Positions 50,031 through 59,627 are shown, counted from the first letter of the stretch. The stretch is 64,000 nucleotides of DNA from Holosporales bacterium (GCA_044378415.1 JBILXO010000001.1:11130-75129); one strand, 5' to 3'. Translations and numbers: made by a program. The notes: generated by a model not told the origin, from the letters alone.

Positions 50031-50325
50031 TGTCAACCGTTCTCAATCCAATGAATTGGATTTACTGAATGCATCTTTTTATCAGGAAAATTCTCAATTC
50101 AATGGCTCGAATTTGCAGAATAGGTCCTTTGATGAGGGGAATCCTCAATCCAATGACTCCGATACTCTTTGGCCGCACCTTCCATCTGACGGGCAATCTG
50201 GCGTAAATGACTCCATGACAGCTCAACAGCATTCTCACAATGGGGATCCCATTGGTGCTGAAATCAACCTTCAATTTATTTTGCAGGGTAACTCAATGGA
50301 AAATTTAAAAACACAGCCCATATAG
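50002..50325 (+). CDS. N/Q/S-rich ORF overlapping the previous ORF by 29 nt in another frame
   Basis: 107-aa ORF with repeated xNxQSN(E/D) motifs. It may continue 49593-50030 after a frameshift. Confidence 0.3.
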   Translation: MAPVSLMGIDVNRSQSNELDLLNASFYQENSQFNGSNLQNRSFDEGNPQSNDSDTLWPHLPSDGQSGVNDSMTAQQHSHNGDPIGAEINLQFILQGNSMENLKTQPI

Positions 50326-50499
50326 TTGCATTCAATTCTGTTGCATTGATCTGAATTTTTTTTTAAATACTTCTTACCATCAAAAAAGGCGAATCTGATG
50401 AGATCTTGGCGCAAGGATCAAGATCTGTGGAATTAAATTTGTGGACAACACACACCCAATAGCCAGATAAAATGGGGACTGATGCAGAGAGCCGATACC

Positions 50500-50766
50500 C
50501 AGAAGAACAACAGGGCGGCCAGTTGTACAAGAATGGATACTTTTATTGATTGTTGAAAATTCATCAATATCAATGCAATAGATGCAAAAATCTAAAAACC
50601 GATGCGTTCAGGATGGCGTACGCGTGAAACATTCAGAAGAACAACAAAGCGGCCAGTTGTACAAGAATGGACACTTTTATTGATTGTTGAAAATTCATCA
50701 ATATCAATGCAATAGATGCAAAAATCTAAAAACCGATGCGTTCAGGATGGCGTACGCGTGAAACAT
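50500..50766. repeat. Tandem duplication, 2 x ~134 bp
   Basis: CAGAAGAACAACA(G/A)(G/A)GCGGCCAGTTGTACAAGAATGGA(T/C)ACTTTTATTGATTGTTGAAAATTCATCAATATCAATGCAATAGATGCAAAAATCTAAAAACCGATGCGTTCAGGATGGCGTACGCGTGAAACAT occurs twice, head to tail, with about 3 mismatches. Each unit holds the inverted repeat TATTGAT-N12-ATCAATA. Confidence 0.9.
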
Positions 50767-51286
50767 GCAGGCAGATTTTTGAGAAGGAATTTGGGGTATT
50801 TTTGAAAAGGACTTTGGCACGTATACCAGACATAAGTGTATGGTTGGTATGCTTTGTCAGGCTTGCAATCTGCATTGAAAAAATAGGGTGAAGAGATGTT
50901 GCCCTAGGAAAATAGTCCCTTTGCCTTATAGAATGCATTTGCTGATTGGATCCCAAAATACCATGCAGCCTGTCAATGGGGCCCATTGTATGAATTGGTG
51001 TTAGGGTATTCCAAGGGCGGGTGGGGTTTTCTATGTTATTTGTGCCCAGTCAAGAAGCAATTTGCAGCATGAAAGAGACGGATGGGTTTTGTTCATCTTG
51101 AGGCAGCTGTGTAAGGCTTTGAGAAATGGATGCAATGGGCTTGATCCCATACAGGAAAAGGGGTTCCACCGCTGCAACGATTTCAGAGCCCTAGAAGGGC
51201 GATGTTATTGGGATGGGACCCAAGTCTTACCACAACGCATCACGGCAAAAACACCAAATCCCCCAATATCGAACCCTGTGGAAACC

Positions 51287-52294
51287 CTAGAGACTCGAGA
51301 ATCCAAATTCATCCAACCAGCGTTGATCATTGAGAAAAAGATGCCGTATATCCTCTATTCCGTATTTCAACATGGCCAGACGTTCCAGTCCCATTCCAGC
51401 GGCAAATCCTGTGACAGTTTCCGTCACGCCACATGACCGGAAAACTTTTGGATTGACCATGCCACAGCCTAAAATTTCCAACCAAGAATCCCCAGATCCC
51501 ATGTGCAATTGCCCTCCTTTGCGGTGACAAGCAATATCAACCTCGGCCGATGGAGATGTAAAGGGAAAAAAGCTGGGTCGAAAACGCATCTTGACAGATC
51601 TTCCAAAGAAATGGTCCAAAAAAGCAGATAAACATCCCTTTAAATGCCCCATATGCACGCCAGGTTCAACGACCAAGCATTCCGCCTGATGAAACATGGG
51701 TGTGTGGGTGCGGTCATGGTCAGAACGATAGACTCGGCCAGGCGAAATGATGCGCAAAGGCAGGGGCTCACTGGTCAGAGTCCTAATTTGGACAGGTGAA
51801 GTTTGGGTGCGCAAGACATGTCCCTTTGGCATATAAAAGGTATCCTGCATGGCACGTGCTGGGTGATCGGCTGGCACATTGAGAGCATCAAAATTGTAAA
51901 ATTCTGTTTCAACATCCGGCCCTCGTCGGACTGAAAAACCCATCATGGCAAAAATCTCGATGATTTCCTGCATGACCTGGTGCAACGGGTGCCCTCTGCC
52001 TACACCCGTCAACGGCGTAGGCACAGTCACATCGATGCTTTGATCTTGCAATGTGGTGGCCCATTGTTGGGCTTCGATGACCTGACTTTGAGTATCTATT
52101 GCTGCCAAAAGCTGGGATTTACAGACATTTAAACTGGCTGCTTCGATTTTACGTTTGTCCTCTGGTAAAGAGCCCAGGCCCCTTAGGGCCACAGTCAATT
52201 GTCCGGTTTTCCCAAAAATTTCTGTGCGAATGCGACCCAAATCTTCAACCGTTTGGGCATTCTGAATGCGAAATATAAAAGAGTGTAGATCCAC
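51287..52294 (-). CDS. pheS: Phenylalanine--tRNA ligase alpha subunit
   Basis: HPARAMQDTFY, FRPSFFPFTSPSAEVD (motif 2) and GFAAGMGLERLAMLKYG (motif 3). Confidence 0.93.
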   Translation of the reverse strand: MDLHSFIFRIQNAQTVEDLGRIRTEIFGKTGQLTVALRGLGSLPEDKRKIEAASLNVCKSQLLAAIDTQSQVIEAQQWATTLQDQSIDVTVPTPLTGVGRGHPLHQVMQEIIEIFAMMGFSVRRGPDVETEFYNFDALNVPADHPARAMQDTFYMPKGHVLRTQTSPVQIRTLTSEPLPLRIISPGRVYRSDHDRTHTPMFHQAECLVVEPGVHMGHLKGCLSAFLDHFFGRSVKMRFRPSFFPFTSPSAEVDIACHRKGGQLHMGSGDSWLEILGCGMVNPKVFRSCGVTETVTGFAAGMGLERLAMLKYGIEDIRHLFLNDQRWLDEFGFSSL

Positions 52295-52564
52295 AGTGTT
52301 TGACCCTGGTTATTCAGAAAAAAGCGCCCCCTCAGTGTAATGATTTTCATGAAAAAAAACAGGTCCTTTCTATGAAAAATATATTTTTTTAAAAAGCGTA
52401 GTGTATTTTTTTCCAGTAATGCCGGCATATGCCCACCTGCAATCCCTTGTTTTTGAGCCCCGAAAACATTTCAAAAAAGTGCTATAAAATTAATTTAATA
52501 ATAATCATTTTTTTACAATAATTGCATTATAATTATTTTAAATAAATAAAAATTGCGACTGACT

Positions 52565-53629
52565 ATGTTAAAAGAAACTGCAGCAAAAAACCCAGCAGTG
52601 GCGCGATATTTCATGGGTAGCTTATGGTATGGATGGATTTGTTTTTGCCCCATGACGGTTGTACTGGGCGAGATACAAGATGGTGCGTCGCCATGGAGAA
52701 TAGAGCGCAACGCTGCTGAGAAAAAAGATTTCTTTGCCGCAGATGTTTTTAAAAAAACAGGGATTCATTTGGAAAAAATCACCTCAAAAAAGTATGGATA
52801 TGTGCCTTTTGTTGGACAAAATTCCAAAAGAAACCATATATTCTATCGCCCCGCAGATGCCGTCATTTCTAGCATTGTTTTGCACGATACCATCGGGTCA
52901 CTTTTTTCCACACTGAATAAATTTTCAGATGCCAAGGAACCATTGCTCAATGCCCACTATGTTGTAACGCAAAGAGACAAAAACATCTCGGGTGGCATTG
53001 CCATCGAAATGGTCCCACCGGAATATATGGCTCAGCATGCTTGGCCCAGTTGGTTTGGGGGGAAGGATGATTGCAACCAATTTTCCATAGGCATTGAGCT
53101 GGTGGGCAAGGGCTTTGTCAGTCATGGGGGCAAGCGATTTTTTTATCCTTACGACGCCGATCAAATAAAAACTCTGGGCCCATTGCTGCAAGGATTGGTC
53201 CAAAAATACGGCATCAGGCCTGAAAACATCCACAGTCATGGGGATGTGTCTCCTCAGCGCAAATACGACGTAACCATTGCCTTTCCTTGGAAGACTTTGT
53301 ACGAAAAATATGGGGTGGGTATGGGGTTAAGTACCAACGAGAATACAGAGCAGGCCATTGTCAAAAAGTACCAACCCGTTGTGCCCTTGCCTCAAAAATT
53401 TGATGGTCTGTTTTTTCAAAAATGCTTGTCTCAATTGGGGTATGATACGCGTTTCGCAGAGGACGCCTCCCTCTCTTCAGCGGACCGAGGTGGAAAATGG
53501 ACCAACGTGTACCAGGCTTTTTATGGGCATTTTTCTCGCAACGGAGAATCCCCCAGATGGAGAGGTTCCCCCGATTACAAAGATATGTTTTGGGCCTGGG
53601 CCTTGCTGGCGAAATATTTCCAATCCTAA
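52565..53629 (+). CDS. N-acetylmuramoyl-L-alanine amidase (amidase_2 / AmpD-PGRP fold) with a C-terminal PG-binding-like domain, paralog 1
   Basis: IVLHDT, NAHYVV, FSIGIELVGKG and HSHGDVSPQRKYDVT. N-terminal hydrophobic anchor. The C-terminus (LSQLGYD...FYGHFSRNGESPRW) is shared with paralog 2. Confidence 0.75.
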   Translation: MLKETAAKNPAVARYFMGSLWYGWICFCPMTVVLGEIQDGASPWRIERNAAEKKDFFAADVFKKTGIHLEKITSKKYGYVPFVGQNSKRNHIFYRPADAVISSIVLHDTIGSLFSTLNKFSDAKEPLLNAHYVVTQRDKNISGGIAIEMVPPEYMAQHAWPSWFGGKDDCNQFSIGIELVGKGFVSHGGKRFFYPYDADQIKTLGPLLQGLVQKYGIRPENIHSHGDVSPQRKYDVTIAFPWKTLYEKYGVGMGLSTNENTEQAIVKKYQPVVPLPQKFDGLFFQKCLSQLGYDTRFAEDASLSSADRGGKWTNVYQAFYGHFSRNGESPRWRGSPDYKDMFWAWALLAKYFQS

Positions 53630-53744
53630 AAAAGAGGGGGGCATTGGAAGGGCTGGGTGCAATTTATGGGGTAGGCAGCTTACAACAAATGTGGAAAAAG
53701 TGTATGATCTTTTTATCAATTTCCAATATTAAAAAGTAAACATC

Positions 53745-54866
53745 ATGAGAAAAAAAATTTTGATATATTTTTTGCCAACACTCTGTCTTTTGGCATCTAT
53801 ATTTTTCAAGCCTGGGGCCATTGATCAGGATCCAATAAATTCCCACGATGCCATAGTCGCAATTGCGAAAAAAAATGGTATTACGGTGGAACCACAGAGC
53901 CATTTGCCCGGTGTTCACTATACATTTAAGAAATTTTCAGATGAGAAATTTTCAGAAAAAGAGCATCCAAGAAACCACAGTTTTGAAAGGGAAAATGGTC
54001 AAAAGCCCACATGGATCATCGTTCACGATACGTGTGAGAATTTAGGGCCCACCTTTGGGATATTTACGAGTGGTAAAGAGCCCAGGGTCAATGCCCATTA
54101 TGTAATCAGTGAGAAGGAGATCGGTGGGGCGGGGGAGGATGAGATCCCAGGGGGACAGGTGATTCAAATGGTGGACCCCGTTGATTTGGCTCGGCATGCA
54201 GGTGAGAGCGCCTTTCGTGGAAAAGTCAAATACAACAACCATGCCATAGGCATAGAATTGGTGGGCCGTGGACCCAGATACTCTGAAAATAAAGAAATAC
54301 GCTTTTTTACATTCAATGATCCGGAAAATCTGAAAAAAACCAGATTTCCTTCTTACGATAAAGATCAAATCAGGGCTTGCTTTGGGTTGATTAAAATTTT
54401 ATGTGAAAAATATGGCATACCAAAGGAAAATATTGTCAGCCATGGTGACGTTGCGCCGCAACGCAAATACGATGTGACCATTCGTTTTCCCTGGGCTGAA
54501 TTGTTCCAAGAAGGTTACGGAATGGGCCTAACAAAAAATGAGCTGCAGAATATCAAAAGCAGGATTCCCTCGACATTTAATAGGGACGTTTTCATTCAAT
54601 CGTTGAAAAAATTGGGATACGACATGTCCTTTTGTGAGAAAAAAATAGGGGATAAGCCAGGGGAAATCCAATTAAATGGCACCGAATCAGATGAGTTTCA
54701 ACAGAAGTTTAAAATGGTTTGTCTTCAATTCTATGCCCATTTTTCCCGCAATGGGGAGAGCGAGCGATGGAATGGCGATCCTGACCACAACGACATGGCT
54801 TGGGCAGCTGCTTTGGCTGAAAAATACGAACAATCCTCGTCGGATGATGCCGTAAAAAAGATTTGA
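53745..54866 (+). CDS. N-acetylmuramoyl-L-alanine amidase (amidase_2) with a C-terminal PG-binding-like domain, paralog 2, secreted
   Basis: Signal peptide MRKKILIYFLPTLCLLASIFF. IIVHDT, NAHYVI, HAIGIELVGRG and SHGDVAPQRKYDVT. C-terminus LKKLGYD...FYAHFSRNGESERW. Confidence 0.75.
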   Translation: MRKKILIYFLPTLCLLASIFFKPGAIDQDPINSHDAIVAIAKKNGITVEPQSHLPGVHYTFKKFSDEKFSEKEHPRNHSFERENGQKPTWIIVHDTCENLGPTFGIFTSGKEPRVNAHYVISEKEIGGAGEDEIPGGQVIQMVDPVDLARHAGESAFRGKVKYNNHAIGIELVGRGPRYSENKEIRFFTFNDPENLKKTRFPSYDKDQIRACFGLIKILCEKYGIPKENIVSHGDVAPQRKYDVTIRFPWAELFQEGYGMGLTKNELQNIKSRIPSTFNRDVFIQSLKKLGYDMSFCEKKIGDKPGEIQLNGTESDEFQQKFKMVCLQFYAHFSRNGESERWNGDPDHNDMAWAAALAEKYEQSSSDDAVKKI

Positions 54867-55182
54867 AAGAGGGGGGGCTTTGCATCACCATTGCCCTGGA
54901 ACCCCATGTGGGGATCCCACCCATTGCAAGATGTTTTGATTCTTATTGAACTTTCCATGCTTTGAATCATGTGCAACGTTTGGGCACCCATATTGATCTC
55001 GAGATTTTTTTATAAGATCTGGGGGCATAAGATCTGGTGGCCCCCCCTTTGGATTTTTCACAAAGCGTTCTTTTTATTGAATCATTTCATTGTTTTAAAT
55101 TGTGAGAAAAAAGGGGCAATAACCCCGAAAATGAACGCCATTGCAGTGATAATATTTGAAATATTGGTTACGAATATTATTC

Positions 55183-55653
55183 CTATCTCCAATTACGAAT
55201 AATATTCTTTTCTTCTAATTTTTCTCCAATTGCATTTACAAGTTCTCTAATTATACCTGTGTCATAGTCGTATGTTTGGCCATATTCGTCACCCGGTAAA
55301 AAACATATCAATTCCTTTTTACCGGGTGCTGACATATCCCTATCGGCCATTTCTTTGTCCACGTCTTTTATAAAACGAACCAAATTTTCTACTAATTTGT
55401 CCAAGCCTCCTTCTTCAATGACAGATTTGCCAGATGGCCCCCCACATTTCCATGGACCAAGGCGTAGTTGAGTACGAGCTTCTTCAAGGCATTGACCAAT
55501 TTGAACCTTTTGCTCGGGTGTTATATTCAGCAATGCTCTTTTGGTTGAGGGCAGGCTATCTTGGGCTTGCGGCCCAATGCTCTCAACGGCAGAAACAGTT
55601 GCAATGCTTCCAAAAATGGCCAAAATCGCCATTATTCTCGTACTCATTTTCAT
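55183..55653 (-). CDS. Small secreted hypothetical protein
   Basis: 156-aa ORF with signal peptide MKMSTRIMAILAIFGSIATVSA. I recognise no family. Confidence 0.6.
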   Translation of the reverse strand: MKMSTRIMAILAIFGSIATVSAVESIGPQAQDSLPSTKRALLNITPEQKVQIGQCLEEARTQLRLGPWKCGGPSGKSVIEEGGLDKLVENLVRFIKDVDKEMADRDMSAPGKKELICFLPGDEYGQTYDYDTGIIRELVNAIGEKLEEKNIIRNWR

Positions 55654-56196
55654 TCCCTATTTTTAATTTTTTTGAACGAACGTATTCATGATAAATCATT
55701 TTGATATTAAAATCTTTAATAGGGTATCATGCATCTGGGATATATTTTTCGAAAAAAATAAACATTGCTTGCAAGGGGGCCCTTCTCGATAAAATCTAGG
55801 CTCTGGGGTGCATTGCTGGCAAACCGGACTGTTTATTGGGTGGTTTGTGGGCCTTGCCTCCTGATTAGGCACTTGTGCGTCTTGTGTCCATGGTCCTAGA
55901 TAGGGGAAAAACTGGATTTTCGTATGAAAAAATTTCCTCCAAAGACTTTTTTAGGAAAACCCCTGGATCCATGGGGCTTTGCGACCACTTATTTTTTCTA
56001 ATCTTTTTGCAGGTAAGTTGAAAAAAAGATCATTCCATGGCCAAATGATGCTGTTGGACCTTGTTCCTATAAGGAAAATTATGCTATAGCTAAATCTGAA
56101 TCAGTTTAAAACAAAAGCCTTTACATTTTTTTCAAATTTTTCAATGATTATAGAGAACGTAAGACAGATTCACACCAAAAACGAAGGACTTTAACG

Positions 56197-56676
56197 ATGA
56201 AACATTATGCTTGGTACGCCTTATTGATTGCAGCAGGCCTTGTTCAGGTTCAGGCAGCACAAGAAGCAGAAGTAGCCGCCGCCGCACCAGAAGATGAAGC
56301 AGAGGTTGCCGCACCAGAAGGAGCCCCAGTAGATGAAGCAGGGGTCGCCCCTGCAGCAGTAGAAGAGGCCCCTGCGCTAGAAGGAGCTGATGCAGATCGA
56401 GATGCTGTGGAAAAGAAATCAGAAAAGAAGACTAAGGGCAAAAAGCATCGCAAAAACCATGGCAAAAGAAGGATTAAAGGCCGCAAAGGCAAACGCCATG
56501 GTTCAAAGCGCAAGGGGAAAATTCAAGTCATCCCAACTCAACCACGCAGCCTAGAAGTCCTAAGAGCCCGTAAAGATGGGTGTGGCATGTCAGGATCATC
56601 GGCCATGAATATGGAGACAGAAATGATGGCTCCAGCAGCCTCATCATGTGCAACAGGTGCCTGCCCAGCTGCATAG
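56197..56676 (+). CDS. Secreted charge-block protein: acidic A/E/P repeats, then an extreme K/R/G/H tract
   Basis: 159-aa ORF with signal peptide MKHYAWYALLIAAGLVQVQA. It then has (E)AEVAAAPE-type repeats, then KKSEKKTKGKKHRKNHGKRRIKGRKGKRHGSKRKGK, and ends CATGACPAA. It looks more GC-rich than the other secreted ORFans. SD GAAGGA lies upstream. Confidence 0.65.
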   Translation: MKHYAWYALLIAAGLVQVQAAQEAEVAAAAPEDEAEVAAPEGAPVDEAGVAPAAVEEAPALEGADADRDAVEKKSEKKTKGKKHRKNHGKRRIKGRKGKRHGSKRKGKIQVIPTQPRSLEVLRARKDGCGMSGSSAMNMETEMMAPAASSCATGACPAA

Positions 56677-57192
56677 AAGTTGGTGGGATGGAATTCTGAT
56701 GAATGGGGGATGGGGCCAGGTGGGCTAGAAGCCAAAAAACAAGGGGGGGCATCTTAGGGACACGGAAGATGAGAACTCTTTCTGCACCCTGCCAGCCTCT
56801 CCCCATTTGCAGCCTTTCCTTAAGGCTTTGCACAGGGTTCCTTAACGCATACACTCCCCTGGTGCAAAATTTTTAAATAATTTTGATCATACATTTTTTA
56901 TGTCACGACAATTTATCAGGCATACCTTGTATGGCATTTTGACCATTTTTGATCGTTATTTGATGGCAGGTATCAGGGCGCGGTCTCTGTTGTATCTTTG
57001 CATTTTAGACCACCGGAAAGTTCTTAGACCCGGTATTTTTGAAATTGGACAAGCTCTGGAATGGGGTATTGTGCACTGCCAGAAAGTTCTGGGTTGAAAC
57101 TAAGGGGGTGTGCCAGTGGTGGAAAAAGGGGGGGGTTCGTCCTGGAAAACCCTTGTATTGATCAGAGGTGTTTGGCCGATCTGGTTGGGTTC

Positions 57193-57283
57193 ATTGGGGG
57201 GGGTAGACCAAAGCCCCCCCCAACAATTTCAGCCCCATCCCTGGTTTTCGCCAATAATGCCATCAATGACGCAACTGTCAGGC
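57193..57283. repeat. Left arm of a ~90-bp inverted repeat (includes a G8/C8 hairpin)
   Basis: ATTGGGGGGGGTAGACCAAAGCCCCCCCCAACAATTTCAGCCCCATCCCTGGTTTTCGCCAATAATGCCATCAATGACGCAACTGTCAGGC. The reverse complement of 59101-59187 matches it at roughly 90%. Confidence 0.85.
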
Positions 57284-57512
57284 CCATGCCATGTCATGGA
57301 ATAGAGCATCTTGTAAGAATTTTTGACGATAACTCTTGAAACCCAGATTGACCTTCTTGATGCGAGAAAAACCTGTTGAATGGCGCTCTTGATAAGATCC
57401 TAAAGTTTGACTTATTATTTTGACCACTTTTTCGCCAATAAATCTAAAAAACACTCTACTGTACCGGTGTAATGCTGTACCCTTATAAAAAATCCCTACA
57501 TGGTGGAATTCT

Positions 57513-57938
57513 GTGGCCAAAACCATTCGACTTTATGTTGGTGGGCGCGTCAAAAATAGCTTATTTCAAGGGGCGTGGGATACGTATAATGCCCGCATTC
57601 GCCACTGGTCCATCCAAACCATAGAATGTGGTGACAAACAATTTGAAACATTGCGTCCCAGAAAGGGCGAGCTGTGGATTGCCTTGGATGAGGGTGGCAT
57701 ATCCTGGAGCAGCCCCCAGTTTTGTCAAAAATTAATCCAATGGGTTGAAGGGCCCACGGTACCATGTTTTTTAATTGGTCCCAGTGATGGATTGCCCCCT
57801 GAACTGGTTGCATCATGCACCCACTGCCTGTCTTTTTCCCCCATGACATGGCCCCATTTGATGGCACGTGTGCTGCTGATAGAGCAAATTTATCGTGCCC
57901 AACAGCGCCTTTTGAATCATCCCTACAGCTTTGTATAG
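57513..57938 (+). CDS. rlmH: 23S rRNA (pseudouridine1915-N3)-methyltransferase RlmH
   Basis: SPOUT/DUF163 pattern: IRLYVGGRVKN..., IALDEGG, FLIGPSDGLP, and SFSPMTWPHLMARVLLIEQIYRA. GTG start. Confidence 0.85.
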   Translation: MAKTIRLYVGGRVKNSLFQGAWDTYNARIRHWSIQTIECGDKQFETLRPRKGELWIALDEGGISWSSPQFCQKLIQWVEGPTVPCFLIGPSDGLPPELVASCTHCLSFSPMTWPHLMARVLLIEQIYRAQQRLLNHPYSFV

Positions 57939-58078
57939 CTGCTTTTCATGAATTTTCATTAATTTTAATATCATCAAATCTTAGCCATTGAAAATCAACC
58001 AATAGTTGCATGGTTTTGATCTATCATTGACAATTTAAATAATGCATTTACATTGTTTTAGATATAGTTTACGGTAAA

Positions 58079-59059
58079 ATGAGAATGATCAAAAAAATTA
58101 AAACCATGTATAAAAAATTCATAGCCGTCGCCACTGCTGTTAGTGGTTTGGGGGCCTTGGGTACAGTTGGCGCGGTAGAACAGACCGGGGTCGATGGTTT
58201 AGGGGCCTTGGGTACAGTTAGAGCAAAGAAGGGGGAAATTATTGTTACATCGGATGGAATTGATTTTGATCACATGAATAACACTGAAATTATGAACATT
58301 ATTGTTTCAAACTTTAATAAAGCGCATGCAGAATGTGAGAGATTGGATGCCATCATTCAGGAACAGGCCGATCTTGCTGATATTATTTCAAAACATGGAG
58401 AGCTGAGTCCCGTTGAAATTAAAAAAATGATTGAATTTTCTGCACAGCATATTTTAAGAACATTGCGTCTATTGGATACAATGAATATAATGATTGATTT
58501 TTATTTTCGCAATGAATCAACTTCCATAGATCATTTCGGTCCTATGAAACAATATATTCAAAAAAAAATAGAACTAATGTCTTACGATAATGCAAAGGTT
58601 GTAGCATATCTTGGATCTAAAAATGCAGTAAAGGAGCATTTCTCAAAAATTGAAAAAAAATCTGAAGATGATAAAAAGCATTTCTTGAAAATTAAAGAAA
58701 AACCTATATATGATAGAGAATCTATTCTAGGATCAAATGAACAAATAAATGCATTTAGTGAGTTATTGAAAAAAGAATGCAGTAATGATGAAAAACTCAG
58801 TCAGGCGATTGCTGGATGGTCAACACTTCAAGATAAGAATAATCCCGCAATCATCACCATAACCAAAACCCTGACCGATTGTTTTCACACTAGAAAAGGT
58901 CTAAAAGCAATGTTCGGAATTGTTCTTGCATCGGTGCAGCGACAACCCCGGCCAGAATCAGATCTGATAGGAGTACAGCCGCAAAATTTAGGCGCCGATA
59001 ATGCGGAAAGAGTAAAAATTGTGGAAAAATATTTCAGAGAACCCCAGGAGCACATATGA
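58079..59059 (+). CDS. Secreted ORFan protein
   Basis: 326-aa ORF, AT-rich, with an N-terminal signal/anchor and a duplicated GLGALGTV(G/R)A motif. I recognise no family. Confidence 0.65.
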   Translation: MRMIKKIKTMYKKFIAVATAVSGLGALGTVGAVEQTGVDGLGALGTVRAKKGEIIVTSDGIDFDHMNNTEIMNIIVSNFNKAHAECERLDAIIQEQADLADIISKHGELSPVEIKKMIEFSAQHILRTLRLLDTMNIMIDFYFRNESTSIDHFGPMKQYIQKKIELMSYDNAKVVAYLGSKNAVKEHFSKIEKKSEDDKKHFLKIKEKPIYDRESILGSNEQINAFSELLKKECSNDEKLSQAIAGWSTLQDKNNPAIITITKTLTDCFHTRKGLKAMFGIVLASVQRQPRPESDLIGVQPQNLGADNAERVKIVEKYFREPQEHI

Positions 59060-59100
59060 AACCAAACCATGTGAGTTTTTTGAAAAAGCTCATGGCCTCT

Positions 59101-59187
59101 GCCTGACAGTTGGGTCATTGATGACATTGTTGGCGAAAACCAGGGATGGGGCTGAGATTATTGGGGGGGCTTTGGTCTCCCCCAATA
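59101..59187. repeat. Right arm of the ~90-bp inverted repeat
   Basis: See 57193-57283. It contains the hairpin TTATTGGGGG-loop-CCCCCAATAA at 59158-59188. Confidence 0.85.
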
Positions 59188-59627
59188 AATGCATCCTAGT
59201 TAGACCTAAACGAAGCCAATGAACTCATCAAACCAAACCAGATGGGCGCCAAATGCCCCTTGGTCAATGCGATCCCTATCTGGCTCATGAAAACCCTTCT
59301 AGTCCCCCTGGTCGAAACAAGGGTTTTCCGGGACCCAGCACCATTGCCCATCACCGGCATTTGGGGGCCACCTTTCAACTCGGTCAGATTCATCATTGGG
59401 AACTCATTCCATTGCGAAACTTTTGCAGCTTTGCAAGACATTGAATCCCACAACTTTCTTGGTTTCAAAACATACCTTGATTTCGAAAACAGTTGGCCCC
59501 AGGCTTGTGCAATTTCCAAAATACCCAGTCCCAGAACTTTCCCAAAAAAATCCATTTAGATTCATAAAGGGATGCATTTATAGCTTCAAAAATACCCAGT
59601 CTCAGACCCCCCTCAAAAGAATGGCTT

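Noticed and set aside
50500-50766. The tandem 134-bp repeat was considered as a CRISPR-like or iteron array.
   Set aside because: There are only two abutting copies with no spacers and no cas genes, so it is not a CRISPR. An iteron function remains speculative and is discussed as a finding only.
57061-57339. A 92-aa ORF upstream of rlmH could be the ribosomal silencing factor rsfS.
   Set aside because: There are only vague similarities (VLENPCIDQRCLADLVGFIGGG against the VLDxxxxxxxADYFVIxxG pattern). The conserved C-terminal DYGDVVVHxF...LE.LW is not present in any single frame. At best it is a decayed remnant.
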